Positions 28,824 to 40,304 of a DNA stretch of 64,000 bases are shown here, piece by piece. The stretch is from positions 3,121 through 67,120 of the forward strand of contig JAVWCU010000001.1 in assembly GCA_036648855.1 (NCBI GenBank), in the 5' to 3' direction. The position numbers were made by a program, and so were the translations under genes. Source of the stretch: Bacilli bacterium. Its GTDB lineage: Bacteria; Bacillota_I; Bacilli_A; RF39; UBA660. Every line of letters begins with the position of its first letter. Within the stretch, counting starts at the first letter, position 1. The notes below the pieces were generated by a model that was not told the DNA's origin, made no database searches, and saw only the letters and a program-made list of their open reading frames with translations.

Positions 28824-29804
28824 ATGGATGATTTTAAAAAAGTAGGTTATAGACCCAATCTTCAATATACAGATGAATATGAAGCTGACATTGATTTTAA
28901 ATTAAATAATGAAATTGAAGACAATGATGATGATAACTCTTTAATTGATGATTTGCTTGAACAAGGAGATGCTTTAGACAACATGATTGACAAGTTGCCA
29001 GGTTTTATTGGAGATTTCATTAAAGACCCTTTAGATCCTATTATCAGTTTTGTAAAAGATGAATTATATGGCAAAGATTTAGAAAGAGTTCCAGTTGAAT
29101 TAGATTGGACATATGATCCTAATATTCCTGGAGATTCTCCAGATGTAGATACCTCAGAGAAACCTGGACCAGATGACCAAGAAGAATTAGATCCATGGGG
29201 ACCTGAAGATGATATAATAATTAAAATAGAAAACCATACTAAAACAGAAGTTATAGAAAAAGAATATGTAAAAAACGTATATGATATTTTCAATGATTAC
29301 TATACTAATCTTCATAATATAGTCTCTAATTTTTGGTCAGGTTTTTTATATTCAATAATGAATAAAGACACAAGTGAAATTAAAACTATCATGGATAATA
29401 TAATATTAAGTAGCAGTGATATAAAAGACAATAAGAAACATTTATTAGATTCTTCTGTAAGATCAGAAATTAATAGAGATATGAAATTTAGATATTATGC
29501 TAACAATTTTGATGCAGAAGGTTCTATTAAACACTTAAAGAATTTTAAAGCTATGTATGAACTTAGAATAAGATACTCTAAGATAGATAAAAATGAAAAT
29601 CCAGTATCTAGAGCAGATCAAATGTCTAACAACATATTAAAAGGAATGAGTATGTCATATGATTCTAAATATGATAAAGCATTTGAAAATTTACATAGAT
29701 ATTTAAAAAGTTCTAATACAGTATTAAATGATTCATTACAAGCTGCTATGCAATCAATGAAATCAAAACAAACTTTAATAGATACGAAAGGTGTGAAAAA
29801 TTAA
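28824..29804 (+). CDS. acidic hypothetical protein (326 aa)
   Basis: AAAGGAATG RBS. TAA stop overlaps the ATG of groES. No TGA. Confidence 0.55.
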   Translation: MDDFKKVGYRPNLQYTDEYEADIDFKLNNEIEDNDDDNSLIDDLLEQGDALDNMIDKLPGFIGDFIKDPLDPIISFVKDELYGKDLERVPVELDWTYDPNIPGDSPDVDTSEKPGPDDQEELDPWGPEDDIIIKIENHTKTEVIEKEYVKNVYDIFNDYYTNLHNIVSNFWSGFLYSIMNKDTSEIKTIMDNIILSSSDIKDNKKHLLDSSVRSEINRDMKFRYYANNFDAEGSIKHLKNFKAMYELRIRYSKIDKNENPVSRADQMSNNILKGMSMSYDSKYDKAFENLHRYLKSSNTVLNDSLQAAMQSMKSKQTLIDTKGVKN

Positions 29805-30106
29805 TGATATTACAACCAATAGGAGATAATTTAATAATAAAAATAAAAGACAAAGAAAAAGAAGAAGTGACTCAATCTGGATTAATCCTTTTAAATCAAG
29901 GAACACAACAATCGCTTAGAACAGATGTTGGAGAAGTCATAGCAGTTGGAGAAGGTAGAATGTTAAACAATGGACAATTACTTCCACTTACTGCAAAAAC
30001 AGGAGAAAAAGTTTTATATAATAAATACGCTGGAACAGAGGTAATAGTAGATACAGATAAGTATTTAATAATAAAAGAAACAGATATATTAGCAGTAGTA
30101 AAATAA
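29804..30106 (+). CDS. groES: co-chaperonin GroES (Hsp10), 100 aa
   Basis: MILQPIGDNLIIKI...TQSGLIL...GEVIAVGEGRMLNNGQLLPLTAKTGEKVLYNKYAGTEV...DILAVVK aligns along the full length with bacterial GroES. Confidence 0.85.
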   Translation: MILQPIGDNLIIKIKDKEKEEVTQSGLILLNQGTQQSLRTDVGEVIAVGEGRMLNNGQLLPLTAKTGEKVLYNKYAGTEVIVDTDKYLIIKETDILAVVK

Positions 30107-30128
30107 TAATAGAAAGTTAGGTGATTAA

Positions 30129-32267
30129 ATGGCATGGTATAGCTCTAAAAAAAGAAAAGCTGAACTAGATGAAGCACCTAGGCCAAATCAACCAAATCAA
30201 TCAAATCAATCAATTACAGTAAATAAAAACAAAATGAAAGATTTCGTTGTAAAAGCTCTAGGCAATATTTTAAGTCAGTCTGATTCTAGAGAGAGATTTA
30301 CACGTCCAGAATATAACTTATGAGAAATAAAAGAAGCAGCTGAAGCAGATTCTTATATCAAAATAAGTTTATCTAAATATTCCTATCTTATTTACAAAGC
30401 AGGATCAAGTTTAAAAGGAGAAGATGAAAGAGTTGCATATCTTGAAAAAAGATTTAGAATGATGTCATTCGCTACTCAAAAACCAATGGAAATTCTATTC
30501 CAAGAACTTGCAGATGATTTAACTAAATATTCAAATACTTTTTTAGTTAAAAGAAGAGTCGATAATATCCCAGGAATAAAAGCTATGCCGATGCTTGCTG
30601 ATAAAATAGTAGGCGGATATTTCAGAGTAGATCCAGCTTCTGTAAAAATCAAAAGAGACAAAAATGGTAATGTGACTAAATATGAACAAGGTTATGGGGA
30701 TAATAAAAGAGAATTTTTTCCAAGAGATGTTGTTCATATATACATGGATAGAGATGCAAACAATGCTTTTGGTACGCCAAGAATAATAGCTGCTCTTGAT
30801 GATGTTAAGTTACTTAGAAAAATAGAAGGAAACGTAACAGCCCTTGTATATAGATTCTCTATGCCGCTATACCAATGGATGGTAGGCCTTCCTCAAGCAG
30901 GACTGCAAGCTACTGATCCAGAAATAAATAAAGCACAAAGAGAAATAGAAATGTCTACTTTAGATGGAATTGTAGTAACAAATGAAAGAACAACTATAAA
31001 AGCTATAGGTGCAGAAGGTACAGCATTAAGTGCTGAAGGATATTTAAAATATTTCGAAGAAAGATGTTTTGCAGCACTTGGGGTATCTGCTTCTCAAATG
31101 GGTAGAGGTGGAGCTAAACAAGATGCTGATTCTATGGAAGCTCAAACACATGATACAGTTAAATATATACAACGTATATTGGCTATATTTATTCAAGAAA
31201 AAATACTTAATGAACTTTTACTTGAAGGCGGATTCAATCCTATATTAAATGAAGAAGATATAGTAACTTATGAATTTGATGAAATATCATTAGAAACAAA
31301 AGTTAAAAAAGAAAATCATGAAATGCTTAAATGGCAAGGAAATGTTACTACATCAGATGAAACTAGACGTAAGTTAGGCATGAAAGATGTTGCAGCAGAT
31401 GAAGAACGTTTATACAAAAATATGATTGAAAAGAATTCTAGATTAGCTGAAATAGATAGAACTGCTGAACACCAATTGGAATTAGCAAAAGAAAATGCTA
31501 AGAATAAACCAACTGGAAGTGGTAATAGCAGTTCATCTACTGGTAATAAAGCACCGAGAAGCTCTAAGAGTTCTAGTCCAAGTAAAGCAGTAACAAATAA
31601 TAATAGACCTCAAAATCAACATGGAACTCATTCTGTAAAAATAAAAGAGACACATGATATAGATGCTAATAATCATAAAAAACAATTTAAGCATATATAT
31701 GATTCTTACAAAGAAGCTAGTATTGATATAGATGAAGGGGAAAACTTAGATTTAATTTTACCATTAGTTGCAGAAACATTAAATCATGAAATAAATTTAT
31801 TAATAGATCAAAAATCTATTAAAGGTATGTCAGATGCCATGAAAGATATCCATGATATAGACTCAACTAAATTATTCCCAAATAAAGAAATATCTATGAC
31901 AGATTTTTATGAAGAGGTAGAAAACAAAGTTAAAGACATGATGAATACAATTAAAAAAGAAATAGCATCAGATAAAAATGACATTCCTACTATATTTGAC
32001 AAGCAAGAATATAAGCTAAGATTCTTAACAGATTTTATACTTAGAAAAGCTTATTGATATTCTTATGTTAAAACAGGTGCCTTTGTCGGTGTTAATAAAG
32101 CATATATTATATTTAACAGCGAAAAAGATGCTAAAGGTAGAAATGATTATATAGATACTAAAGCTTTTACTGTAGATGATATTCCAGCATATCATTCATT
32201 CTGCGACTGTGAAATAACTTACAATAAGGAAAAAAAGGCAGGTGAAAAAAGTGGCAATAGAAATTAA
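30129..32267 (+). CDS. putative portal protein (712 aa); two in-frame TGA (30321, 32055)
   Basis: size, and position right after terL and groES and before the protease/scaffold. Fragments 30129..30323 and 30459..32057 plus a 70-codon tail are in one frame with no TAA/TAG (checked). AGGTGA RBS. Confidence 0.5.
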
Positions 32268-33744
32268 AGAGTACGTTGGTCATAAATTTACTTCAGTTAG
32301 TGGTTCTAATAACTTCTTGAATTTAACAGAAGGTTATACAGAAACATACATGGCAGAAGATTCTATAATGGTGGACATGGAAGCTATACATTCTAGAATA
32401 ACTAGAAATAACACTTACTATTCACCAAACTGTCTTAAAGAATCTGTTCCTTATTGGACTAGTCCGTACAAAGTACCAGTCATAATGCACCATAATGAAA
32501 AAGATGGTCATATAATAGGTAGAGTACATTCTACTGAATATACTGAAGTAAATACAAGAGGTAATACTCCAGCACTAATATTTACTATAAATGTTGGTGA
32601 TGAAGAAGGTAAAAAAGGAATTAAAAATGGAACATTATCAACTGTTTCAATAGGAGTCATCGCTCATGATTTAAGATGTTCTATATGTGGAACCAATCTT
32701 GCTGAAGAGGGAATGTGTGAACATGAAAAAGGTGAATTTTATGATATAGATGATAAACAAAAATTATGTTATTGGATAATTGAAAAAATGGAACCAAAAG
32801 AGGTTTCATATGTAATAGTTCCATCAGACGCATATGCTCATAATTTAAAAGTTTATGATGCTATTAAGAAAAAGAAAAGCGAGGTGAAAGAATCAGTGGA
32901 AATATACAACCCATTTGCTGATCTTATAGAAGCAACTAAAGTTAAAACTAAAGTTGATGTACAAGAAGGGAAGCAAATAGATGAAGAAGTAGATAAAAAA
33001 ACAGATGTTTCTAAAAAAGAAGAAACTACTGAAGATAATAAAACTACTGAAAACAAATCAGAAGATAAAACTGAAGGACATGAAGATCCTGCAGGAGAAC
33101 CTGGAGTAGAAGGTAATAGAGAATCTGATACAAAAACTGAGGAGACTAATGAAGAAGAAATTTCTGAAGAAACTAAAGTAACTGAAAAAGAAACTAAGAC
33201 TGACGAAGAAGTGAACGATGATGAAAAATCAAAAGAAGATGAAGCTTCTAAAGAAACTGAAAACAATAAAGAATTAGAACTTGCTAAAGAAGAAATAGCT
33301 CAATTAAAAAAAGATTTAGAAGCTGTTAAACAAGAAAAATCTAAATTAGAAAACAAATTAGAAAAAGTTACAGAAACTAAAGAATCAGTTGAAAGAGAAT
33401 TAGTTAAGTTTAAAGCTGAAAAGAAAAAACAATTAGTAGAACAAATCTCAGAATTAAGAAATCAATTGAGCTTACCTAAAGAAGATGAACAAACGCTTAT
33501 CGAATCATCTGAAGAATCTCTACAAACAGTAATTAAAAATTTAAATGAATTTACTCAAGTTCAAAGAAATGCGTTTGGTTTACAAACGATAACTTCTCCT
33601 GTAGCTGTGTCTGAATCAAAAGATAATACAATATTAGAAGTAGAAAAATCAAATAAAAAAAATCTAAATGTAAAAGAATCATTTGAAAAGAGTAATAAAA
33701 CTCTTGAAGATCAAGTTATAAATCTTATGGAAAATTTATTTTAA
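32242..33744 (+). CDS. prohead protease (HK97 gp4/S78-like N-terminal domain) fused to an acidic coiled-coil scaffold-like C-terminus
   Basis: VPVIMHHNEKDGHIIGRV matches the S78 VPLLwnHD..PiG signature. TLSTVSIGV is the candidate Ser region. The C-terminal 250 aa are Glu/Lys/Thr-rich heptads. GTG start at 32242 or 32251; overlaps the portal gene end. Confidence 0.5.
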   Translation: MKKVAIEIKEYVGHKFTSVSGSNNFLNLTEGYTETYMAEDSIMVDMEAIHSRITRNNTYYSPNCLKESVPYWTSPYKVPVIMHHNEKDGHIIGRVHSTEYTEVNTRGNTPALIFTINVGDEEGKKGIKNGTLSTVSIGVIAHDLRCSICGTNLAEEGMCEHEKGEFYDIDDKQKLCYWIIEKMEPKEVSYVIVPSDAYAHNLKVYDAIKKKKSEVKESVEIYNPFADLIEATKVKTKVDVQEGKQIDEEVDKKTDVSKKEETTEDNKTTENKSEDKTEGHEDPAGEPGVEGNRESDTKTEETNEEEISEETKVTEKETKTDEEVNDDEKSKEDEASKETENNKELELAKEEIAQLKKDLEAVKQEKSKLENKLEKVTETKESVERELVKFKAEKKKQLVEQISELRNQLSLPKEDEQTLIESSEESLQTVIKNLNEFTQVQRNAFGLQTITSPVAVSESKDNTILEVEKSNKKNLNVKESFEKSNKTLEDQVINLMENLF

Positions 33745-33813
33745 CGAAATAAAACAAAAATTTATTTTAAAACAAAAACTTATTTTAAACAATAACTAAG
33801 GAGTGTGAATTAA

Positions 33814-35247
33814 ATGGCTTTACAACCATACAGCTTCTCATCTAGAGAGGTATTACAACCTGGTGCTAACGGTGGAGCGTTCAAGAACAACGGTATCCCA
33901 GGACATAGAACGAATGATGATAGAATAAATAGAACTAACAATGCTTTATTAATGAATGAGCATGACGTATTAAATATAAAATACGCAATGGACCCAAGAC
34001 TTAAGTCTATGTTTAGATATGGATGGGCTTACGGATATAATCAAATAGTAATGCCTAAAGGAAGAATAGTTGCTGCTGACCCTTACTTAACGGTAATGGA
34101 TACAGATACTATGCACTACTTCAATGCATTAACATTAGCTAATGGTGGAAAAGATGCCGAATTAGATACATCTAAAGGATTTGCTACTTGGAAAGAATCA
34201 ACAGAAGCATTCGCAGTAGATATAGATGGAAAACATAAAGGTACTAAAAAAGATGTAGTAAGACCTGCTAATATTCCAATAGGAATAATGGGAAGAAATG
34301 AATACACTAGAGATATAGATGCTTTTAATGGTATTATGCCAGGACCTATACATACTGATGCATTAATAGATATGCCTTGGTTTACAGACGCAGATCATGC
34401 AGAAGCTAATCCATGGGGATCAGTTATAGGAAATATTAAACCAGGAGATTTAGTTAAAGCTGATATTAACGGAAGAATAATTGTTTCTCCATTATCTAAT
34501 ACAGAAGAAGTAGCTAAAATGTCAATGGCTAATTATGAAAAAGAAAGACAACAAGTTTTAGGAACTGTATATTCTACAGATAGATCTTTATTACCAGAGG
34601 GTGCTGCAAGATTTGCTCAATGGGCTTTAGATGATAGAAAGAACTTTAATGATTTCAATCCTTATATCTGGCCAAATTCTAACAGAGCTGGAGAAGATTT
34701 TGTTTCTAATCCTCCAACAATGTTACAATCGGAATTTGTTTACCCAGGATATCCATATGAAAAGAATTACATATCTAACGATTTGCATATGCTAGCTTCT
34801 TCAAGAGAAGGTGCATTTGATCCAAGAATAGATGAAGCAATGAGATTAGATAGAGGTATACCAGGATTAACAGATGGAGCTAATGCTGTATCTAAAGAAT
34901 ATGGTACTGGTGAGACATTAACTATAACTCATTTAATATCATTAGAAAATGAAGCTGAAGCTCAAGAAATAATGATAAGATTACCAGAAGTAAACTTAGA
35001 AACTGCTAAAGTTAAAATAGGAGATAGTGCTGCTGTATCAATAGCTGTTAATGCTACTATAGGTGAATTCACTGTAACTTATGCTGATTTACATAAAGGT
35101 ATATTCTCAGTTAAGCAAACATCTACTGGTGATGGAACAAACAAAGCCGTAAACGTATCTTATACAAAAAGAGGTATGGCTGGAGTTCCAACATATATGG
35201 ACTGGGATGGATGTCAAGGTATGGTATCTGTTCTTTTACAAAAATAA
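33814..35247 (+). CDS. virion structural protein, candidate major capsid protein (477 aa)
   Basis: position between protease/scaffold and the gp23/gp24-like gene. AAGGAGTG RBS. Seven Trp, all TGG, and no TGA, like sheath and tube. Confidence 0.4.
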   Translation: MALQPYSFSSREVLQPGANGGAFKNNGIPGHRTNDDRINRTNNALLMNEHDVLNIKYAMDPRLKSMFRYGWAYGYNQIVMPKGRIVAADPYLTVMDTDTMHYFNALTLANGGKDAELDTSKGFATWKESTEAFAVDIDGKHKGTKKDVVRPANIPIGIMGRNEYTRDIDAFNGIMPGPIHTDALIDMPWFTDADHAEANPWGSVIGNIKPGDLVKADINGRIIVSPLSNTEEVAKMSMANYEKERQQVLGTVYSTDRSLLPEGAARFAQWALDDRKNFNDFNPYIWPNSNRAGEDFVSNPPTMLQSEFVYPGYPYEKNYISNDLHMLASSREGAFDPRIDEAMRLDRGIPGLTDGANAVSKEYGTGETLTITHLISLENEAEAQEIMIRLPEVNLETAKVKIGDSAAVSIAVNATIGEFTVTYADLHKGIFSVKQTSTGDGTNKAVNVSYTKRGMAGVPTYMDWDGCQGMVSVLLQK

Positions 35248-35297
35248 TTTAATTTTAAAAAAGATTTAAATTAATTGATTAATATAATAGAACTATT

Positions 35298-35318
35298 AGA
35301 GGGAGTAAAATTCCCTCT
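35298..35318 (+). terminator. hairpin AGAGGGA-GTAAAAT-TCCCTCT (no strong U tract)
   Basis: read directly from the sequence. Lies between 33814..35247 and 35386..36600. Confidence 0.3.
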
Positions 35319-35385
35319 CTACATAAACAAAAAATTGAAACTAACAAAAATAAATAAAAAACGTCTTTAAGGAGGAAACAAACAG

Positions 35386-36600
35386 ATGGGTTTACAATTA
35401 CAAGAAACTTTAAATAATATAGAAACACTTAGAACTCAAGTTAAAGAAATGACAGAAAAAAAAGAAACATCTCCTATATCATTAGGTTCATTAGATATGG
35501 TGGAAAAAATGGCAAGAAACTTACATGGTGATTATACAAAAGGTAAAGCTACTATACAAGAAGCTATAACTACTACTGATGCTGTTAAATTAATACCTAA
35601 AGTAATAGAAGGTAAATTAAGAGAAGCTGCAGAGCCTGAATATTTAGGTACAAGATTTTTCCAAACTGTAAGAGTAGATGGAGGTAATTCAGCTGTTTAC
35701 GTTATACCAGTTGTAGGTGAAGTAACTGCTTACGAGGTTGGAGAAGGAACTAGATATAAAGAGACTGCTTTAGATTACAATACACTAGAAAATGCTACTC
35801 TAGAAATAAGAGTAAAGAAAATAGGTGTTAAAGTATCTATAACAGAAGAAGCTATATCTGATTCGTCTTGGGATATACTTGGAATAAATGTAAGAAAAAT
35901 GGGTCGTGCTATGGCAAGATACAAAGAAGAAATGATATTTAATGCATTCTCTAATCACGGACATGTAGTATTTGATAACAATATGAGAAAAGCTCAACCA
36001 GCTGCAGGAACTACTGGACTTGGTAAAGATGGTGGAATGAATGATACATTATCTGTAGAAGACTTCTTAGATTTAACGTTAGCTTTAATGGGTAATGGAT
36101 ATAACCCAACTGACGTAATAATGCATCCTCTTACTTGAGTTGTTTTCGCTAGAAACTCAATGATAGGTAATGGATTGACATTCGGTGCTTTAGGTGGAAA
36201 CAATGTTCATCCTAATGGCGGAATCCAAGGAACAAATGCAGCATTCGGAATGGCTAATAATGGAAATGGTCAAAAGATGATAATGACTCCTGAGCAAGTT
36301 CAAAATAGACTTCCAGTACCAATGGCTATAAACTTCAGCCCATGAGTTAAGTTCGATAAATTAACTAAGCGATTTGATATGTACGTGGTCGATAATAGTG
36401 AGGTAGGAATCGTAGCTCAAAGAGAAGGATTATCTACAGAGAACTGGACAGATCCAGAAAAAGATATCAGAAATCTTAAAGCTAAAGAAAGATATGGAAT
36501 AGGAATCTTAAACAACGGTAGAGGAATAACTGTTGCTAAGAACATAGCTGTAGCTGCTTCTTATCCAGCTGCACCAGTAATAACTGTAAATACAAAATAA
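35386..36600 (+). CDS. HK97-fold capsid protein of the T4 gp23/gp24 family (404 aa); two in-frame TGA (36136, 36343)
   Basis: N-terminal coiled-coil delta-like region. SVEDFLDLTLALMGNGYNPTDVIMHP and KAKERYGIGI (compare T4 gp23 FKTRYGIGINPF). Three track fragments in one frame; gaps checked. Confidence 0.55.
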
Positions 36601-36625
36601 TAAACTTTAAGGAGGTTATACCTAA

Positions 36626-37111
36626 ATGAGAAGACCAATAGCAAGGATAAAAATCAATGCAGGAAATCCAGGATGGTATGACCCTCTTACTAATATACAT
36701 TTAACAATAACAAGACCAGAGGCAATAGTATATGAAGGTTCTAACACTATAAATATAAAAAAAGGTGTTGCTTTTAAACTTGTTAGTGTTGTAGATGGTA
36801 ATTTAGATGTAAACATTGCTTTTATAAATGAAAGTAAAAAAGCAGTTGAAACAGTAAGAGAGGTCGCTCATCAACCTATTACGCAAGAGGAAGTTAAAGC
36901 TCCTCCTGTTGAAGAAACAAAGGTTGAAGAAGAAACTATAACTGAACCTGTAATAACAGAAGAAGTAATAGAAAAAACTATAACTGAAACAGTAGAGGAA
37001 GAAATAAAAACTATTGAAGAAGTTGTACAAGAAAATGTTGAAATAGTAGAAGAGGTTATAGAAGAAAAACCTAAAAAGAAAACTACTAAGAAAACAAAAG
37101 CTAAAAAATAA
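36626..37111 (+). CDS. hypothetical protein with repetitive acidic E/V/I/T-rich C-terminus and poly-Lys tail (161 aa); possible head decoration protein
   Basis: AAGGAGGT RBS. TAA stop. Confidence 0.5.
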   Translation: MRRPIARIKINAGNPGWYDPLTNIHLTITRPEAIVYEGSNTINIKKGVAFKLVSVVDGNLDVNIAFINESKKAVETVREVAHQPITQEEVKAPPVEETKVEEETITEPVITEEVIEKTITETVEEEIKTIEEVVQENVEIVEEVIEEKPKKKTTKKTKAKK

Positions 37112-37124
37112 GAGGTGATAGATA

Positions 37125-38042
37125 ATGCAAAGCTTATTTAATGTTACATCTATTAATACAGATTATACTAATAAACAAATAGTAATTAATACTACGTTTA
37201 CGTTAAATCCTAAAACTGTTAATAGAAAAAATGTTGAAGTATTAGCTGCATCATCTGGAGCTGCTGTAATATATAAACTAACTGTTGACAATGATAAGAT
37301 AATAGCAACTTTGAAAGACTGGCCAGAAATTCATGAGAGCTATTATATAGTTAAAATAGTTGGAATTAAAGACAAACTCGATAGAGACTTAATACACCCA
37401 ATAACTAAAAATGTTATATTCAAAGCTGATACAAAGCTTAAAATTAGAATATTAAGCCCTAATGATAATGAAGCTGTAATAATAAAACATAATGTAGTAA
37501 ACTTTTCTATAAAACAAATTAATCCTGATGGCACAGAAACAGTTAAACCTATACCTGATTCTGATGACACTCCTACGCTGCCAAATGAGGAGACAGGAAA
37601 AGAAGAAGCTATGACGGAAGATGAATCGGATGTTACATATCATTTTGAATTCGCTTCAGACATAGCTTTTTTTGATATAGTAAAAGAGTATAAAACTCCT
37701 TATACTGAAGGCTTCATACAGCTTGACAATGGACAATATTATATGCGTGTTAGAGCTATTGAAAATAATATGAATGGAGATTGATCTCATGTTCATACAT
37801 TTACAGTTGTTCCAGATTCATGTAGTGAAGAACTTAATGAAATGTCTCAAGCTAAAAAAGATTATATAGAAGATATAATGGCTCCTGTAGAATTCTTTTT
37901 AGATGATATAAATGATGTTTTTGAAATAGTATCTCGTTCTAGCAATGGTGTTACATATCCTGAATTTTATATAGAATTCAGTAAAGATGTAGACAAAGAT
38001 AAATTACCAGAAACTTTAATTGCATATAGGAGGGATCTATAA
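37125..38042 (+). CDS. hypothetical structural protein (305 aa); one in-frame TGA (37782)
   Basis: fragments 37125..37784 and 37842..38042 share a frame; the gap was checked. The stop overlaps the next ATG. Confidence 0.5.
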
Positions 38043-38803
38043 TGAGACAAGATAGATTTATTTGTAGTTTAACTACAGATGAGCATGAAGCTAATGTTTT
38101 AATAATTAAACCTTTTCATTTAAAAGATTTTGACAATGATAGTATTTATGATTTTAAGATGCCTAGCATTTACTCTACAGATGGAATGTTATTAAATAGT
38201 CATAAGATAAAATACATAACTGCACCATCTTTAGCTTACGCTTCGATAGAAGACGTTAGAGCTAATCTGGGGGACGTTGATTTATTAGATGAGAAAATAC
38301 TTTATCATATAAGAGAAGCTTCTAGACTTGCAGAAGTGATAGTTGCTAAAGCTTATGAAAAACAAAATATACCTTTTTCAAAAGAAGACTTAATGGAGTA
38401 CAGAAATAGTATTGAACAAATGAAAGATGAACATTGGGTATTATGGCAATTCGTTGTATTAAAAGCAGCTTATGAAAGTTTGATGAGTTTATACATAACA
38501 ATGGCTACAAGACCAGATAGGATAAAAGAAATTTTATCAGATTTATCTAAAGAAATCACTTTCAATTTAAAAGCTATTAAAGACTTATTAGATGACTTAA
38601 AGAAAAGATATGAAGATATAATAGAAAAAATTTACACAGTAGCTGATCCTAAGTTTGCACTTAGAGGAAAACTTGCTGTTCCTATTTATCCTAATATGCA
38701 TGCTCCTTATCATGGACTTAATGGTATGGGCGGCTATGGTAGAAGCTATAACACTACAAGTTATGGCGGAGGCCAATATGGTAATAGAGGAGGTCGTTTC
38801 TAA
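38042..38803 (+). CDS. hypothetical protein (253 aa) with Gly/Tyr-rich C-terminus
   Basis: ATGA overlap with the upstream gene. TAA overlaps the next ATG. Confidence 0.5.
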   Translation: MRQDRFICSLTTDEHEANVLIIKPFHLKDFDNDSIYDFKMPSIYSTDGMLLNSHKIKYITAPSLAYASIEDVRANLGDVDLLDEKILYHIREASRLAEVIVAKAYEKQNIPFSKEDLMEYRNSIEQMKDEHWVLWQFVVLKAAYESLMSLYITMATRPDRIKEILSDLSKEITFNLKAIKDLLDDLKKRYEDIIEKIYTVADPKFALRGKLAVPIYPNMHAPYHGLNGMGGYGRSYNTTSYGGGQYGNRGGRF

Positions 38804-39261
38804 TGTTTAATAAAATAGAAAGCATAGCTCAAGAGGTAATAGACTCTTGGGACTATGACTTTTGAATAATAAAACAAATAACTCAAATACAATGCAAGTG
38901 TGTTGATCCAACAACTAAACAAGCTAAGCTTGATTGCAAAAGCTGTTTAGGCCTTGGACATAAAATAAAGATATATAAAGCTAGAGGAGCTTCAAGAGAA
39001 TCTAAAGAATTTGAAGCACTTAGAGCAGAATTCCCTACAGTTACCCCAAAGATATTTTACATAAAAACAAAAATGTTTATTGAAAAACAAGATCTAATCA
39101 TAGATGAAGAAGGTGTATACACTGTATATGCAACTCAATTCCATAGAGGACTCAATGGTAAATTTAAATTTACTAGATGTGTTTGTCCTAATCAGAAATT
39201 TGGTAAAAAACATGTCATAAAAAACTTTAAGGAGCTTGTCCATGGATTTAAAAGTAAGTAG
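38803..39261 (+). CDS. hypothetical Cys-containing protein (152 aa; CKC...CKSC); one in-frame TGA (38863)
   Basis: ATG 38803 is in frame with track ORF 39073..39261. All 90 intervening codons were checked, with no TAA/TAG. Confidence 0.5.
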
Positions 39262-40303
39262 TGGTACGATAAATAAAAGTTTATTTAACATTAATAGCAA
39301 AAAGAAAATCTTAATTGCTGGTCCAGCAATTAATACTTATAAAGCAAGAGAAATAATCTTACCTGTAAATAAAAACGAAGTATTATCTTTATATGGTGAA
39401 TCACCTATATATGATGCTTATTGTTTACTTATAGATAATTTTAATTTAACTAATGTTTATGTTAGTAATTGCTTTGCCAATTCTGATTATATAAGACTTA
39501 CAGATAAAATAATTCATTATGATTTTGATTTTTTTGCACCAATTGGAATATATTTTGGAGATAAATTTTATAATCCTCTAGAAGATAAAGACCAGTATTA
39601 TAATGAATATATATTAACTCAACTATCTATTGTTAAAAGCCTAACTACTTTAATAATGACTGAAAGACATGCTAGTTTATATGAAGATTTTGATCACTAT
39701 ATATCTTCTATGAATGATGTAGAAACATTCTTTATGGAAAATCATAACTTTGATACTTCTGATTTCTTAAATTTATATGGCAATAATTTATTGTTTATAT
39801 ACAATAACTTAAAAGATATACCACATGCTAACGTAGTATTAGCTGGTTTATTTGCTAATAGGGATTACGCTAAATATCTTACAGCATTAAAAATGAATAC
39901 AGCTGTATTCGATATAGACTCTTTTGACATTATGGGACTTAGAGCAATGTATTTCAAAAATAATACTTATGTAAAAAATATAACTGTTGAAAATACTTTT
40001 AATTTTAGAAGTACACAAGATATATATTCTAATGCTTTAATAGATGACATAATAAAAAGTACTATTAAAAGCGTAGATTTAGAATCGTTCAAAGGGAAGC
40101 TTTATAATCAATATACAGCATTGCAAATAGAGTCAACTGTAAATAATTCTTTAAAAGTACTCAATGGAGTATTGTTTAAGGAATATACTATAAATAAGAT
40201 AGGATTTAAAAAAACAGAAATAGGTGCAGGTGCAATTATAGTAGATTTTAGTATAGTGCCTTTTGGTACATTAGAATCACTTAATGTAGTAATGGGGGTA
40301 TAG
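39242..40303 (+). CDS. hypothetical tail-module protein (353 aa)
   Basis: AAGGAG 7 nt upstream of ATG 39242 (track start 39236 is a TTG extension). TAG stop. Confidence 0.5.
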   Translation: MDLKVSSGTINKSLFNINSKKKILIAGPAINTYKAREIILPVNKNEVLSLYGESPIYDAYCLLIDNFNLTNVYVSNCFANSDYIRLTDKIIHYDFDFFAPIGIYFGDKFYNPLEDKDQYYNEYILTQLSIVKSLTTLIMTERHASLYEDFDHYISSMNDVETFFMENHNFDTSDFLNLYGNNLLFIYNNLKDIPHANVVLAGLFANRDYAKYLTALKMNTAVFDIDSFDIMGLRAMYFKNNTYVKNITVENTFNFRSTQDIYSNALIDDIIKSTIKSVDLESFKGKLYNQYTALQIESTVNNSLKVLNGVLFKEYTINKIGFKKTEIGAGAIIVDFSIVPFGTLESLNVVMGV

Positions 40304-40304
40304 T

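Noticed and set aside
19453-37643. Minus-strand ORF-track entries inside plus-strand structural genes (for example 19453..19752, 19789..20076, 22122..22390, 28862..29293, 32853..33266, 36803..37030, 37343..37643)
   Set aside because: They are antisense to well-supported genes. Several are low-complexity Ser/Phe-rich translations of GA-rich sense strands.
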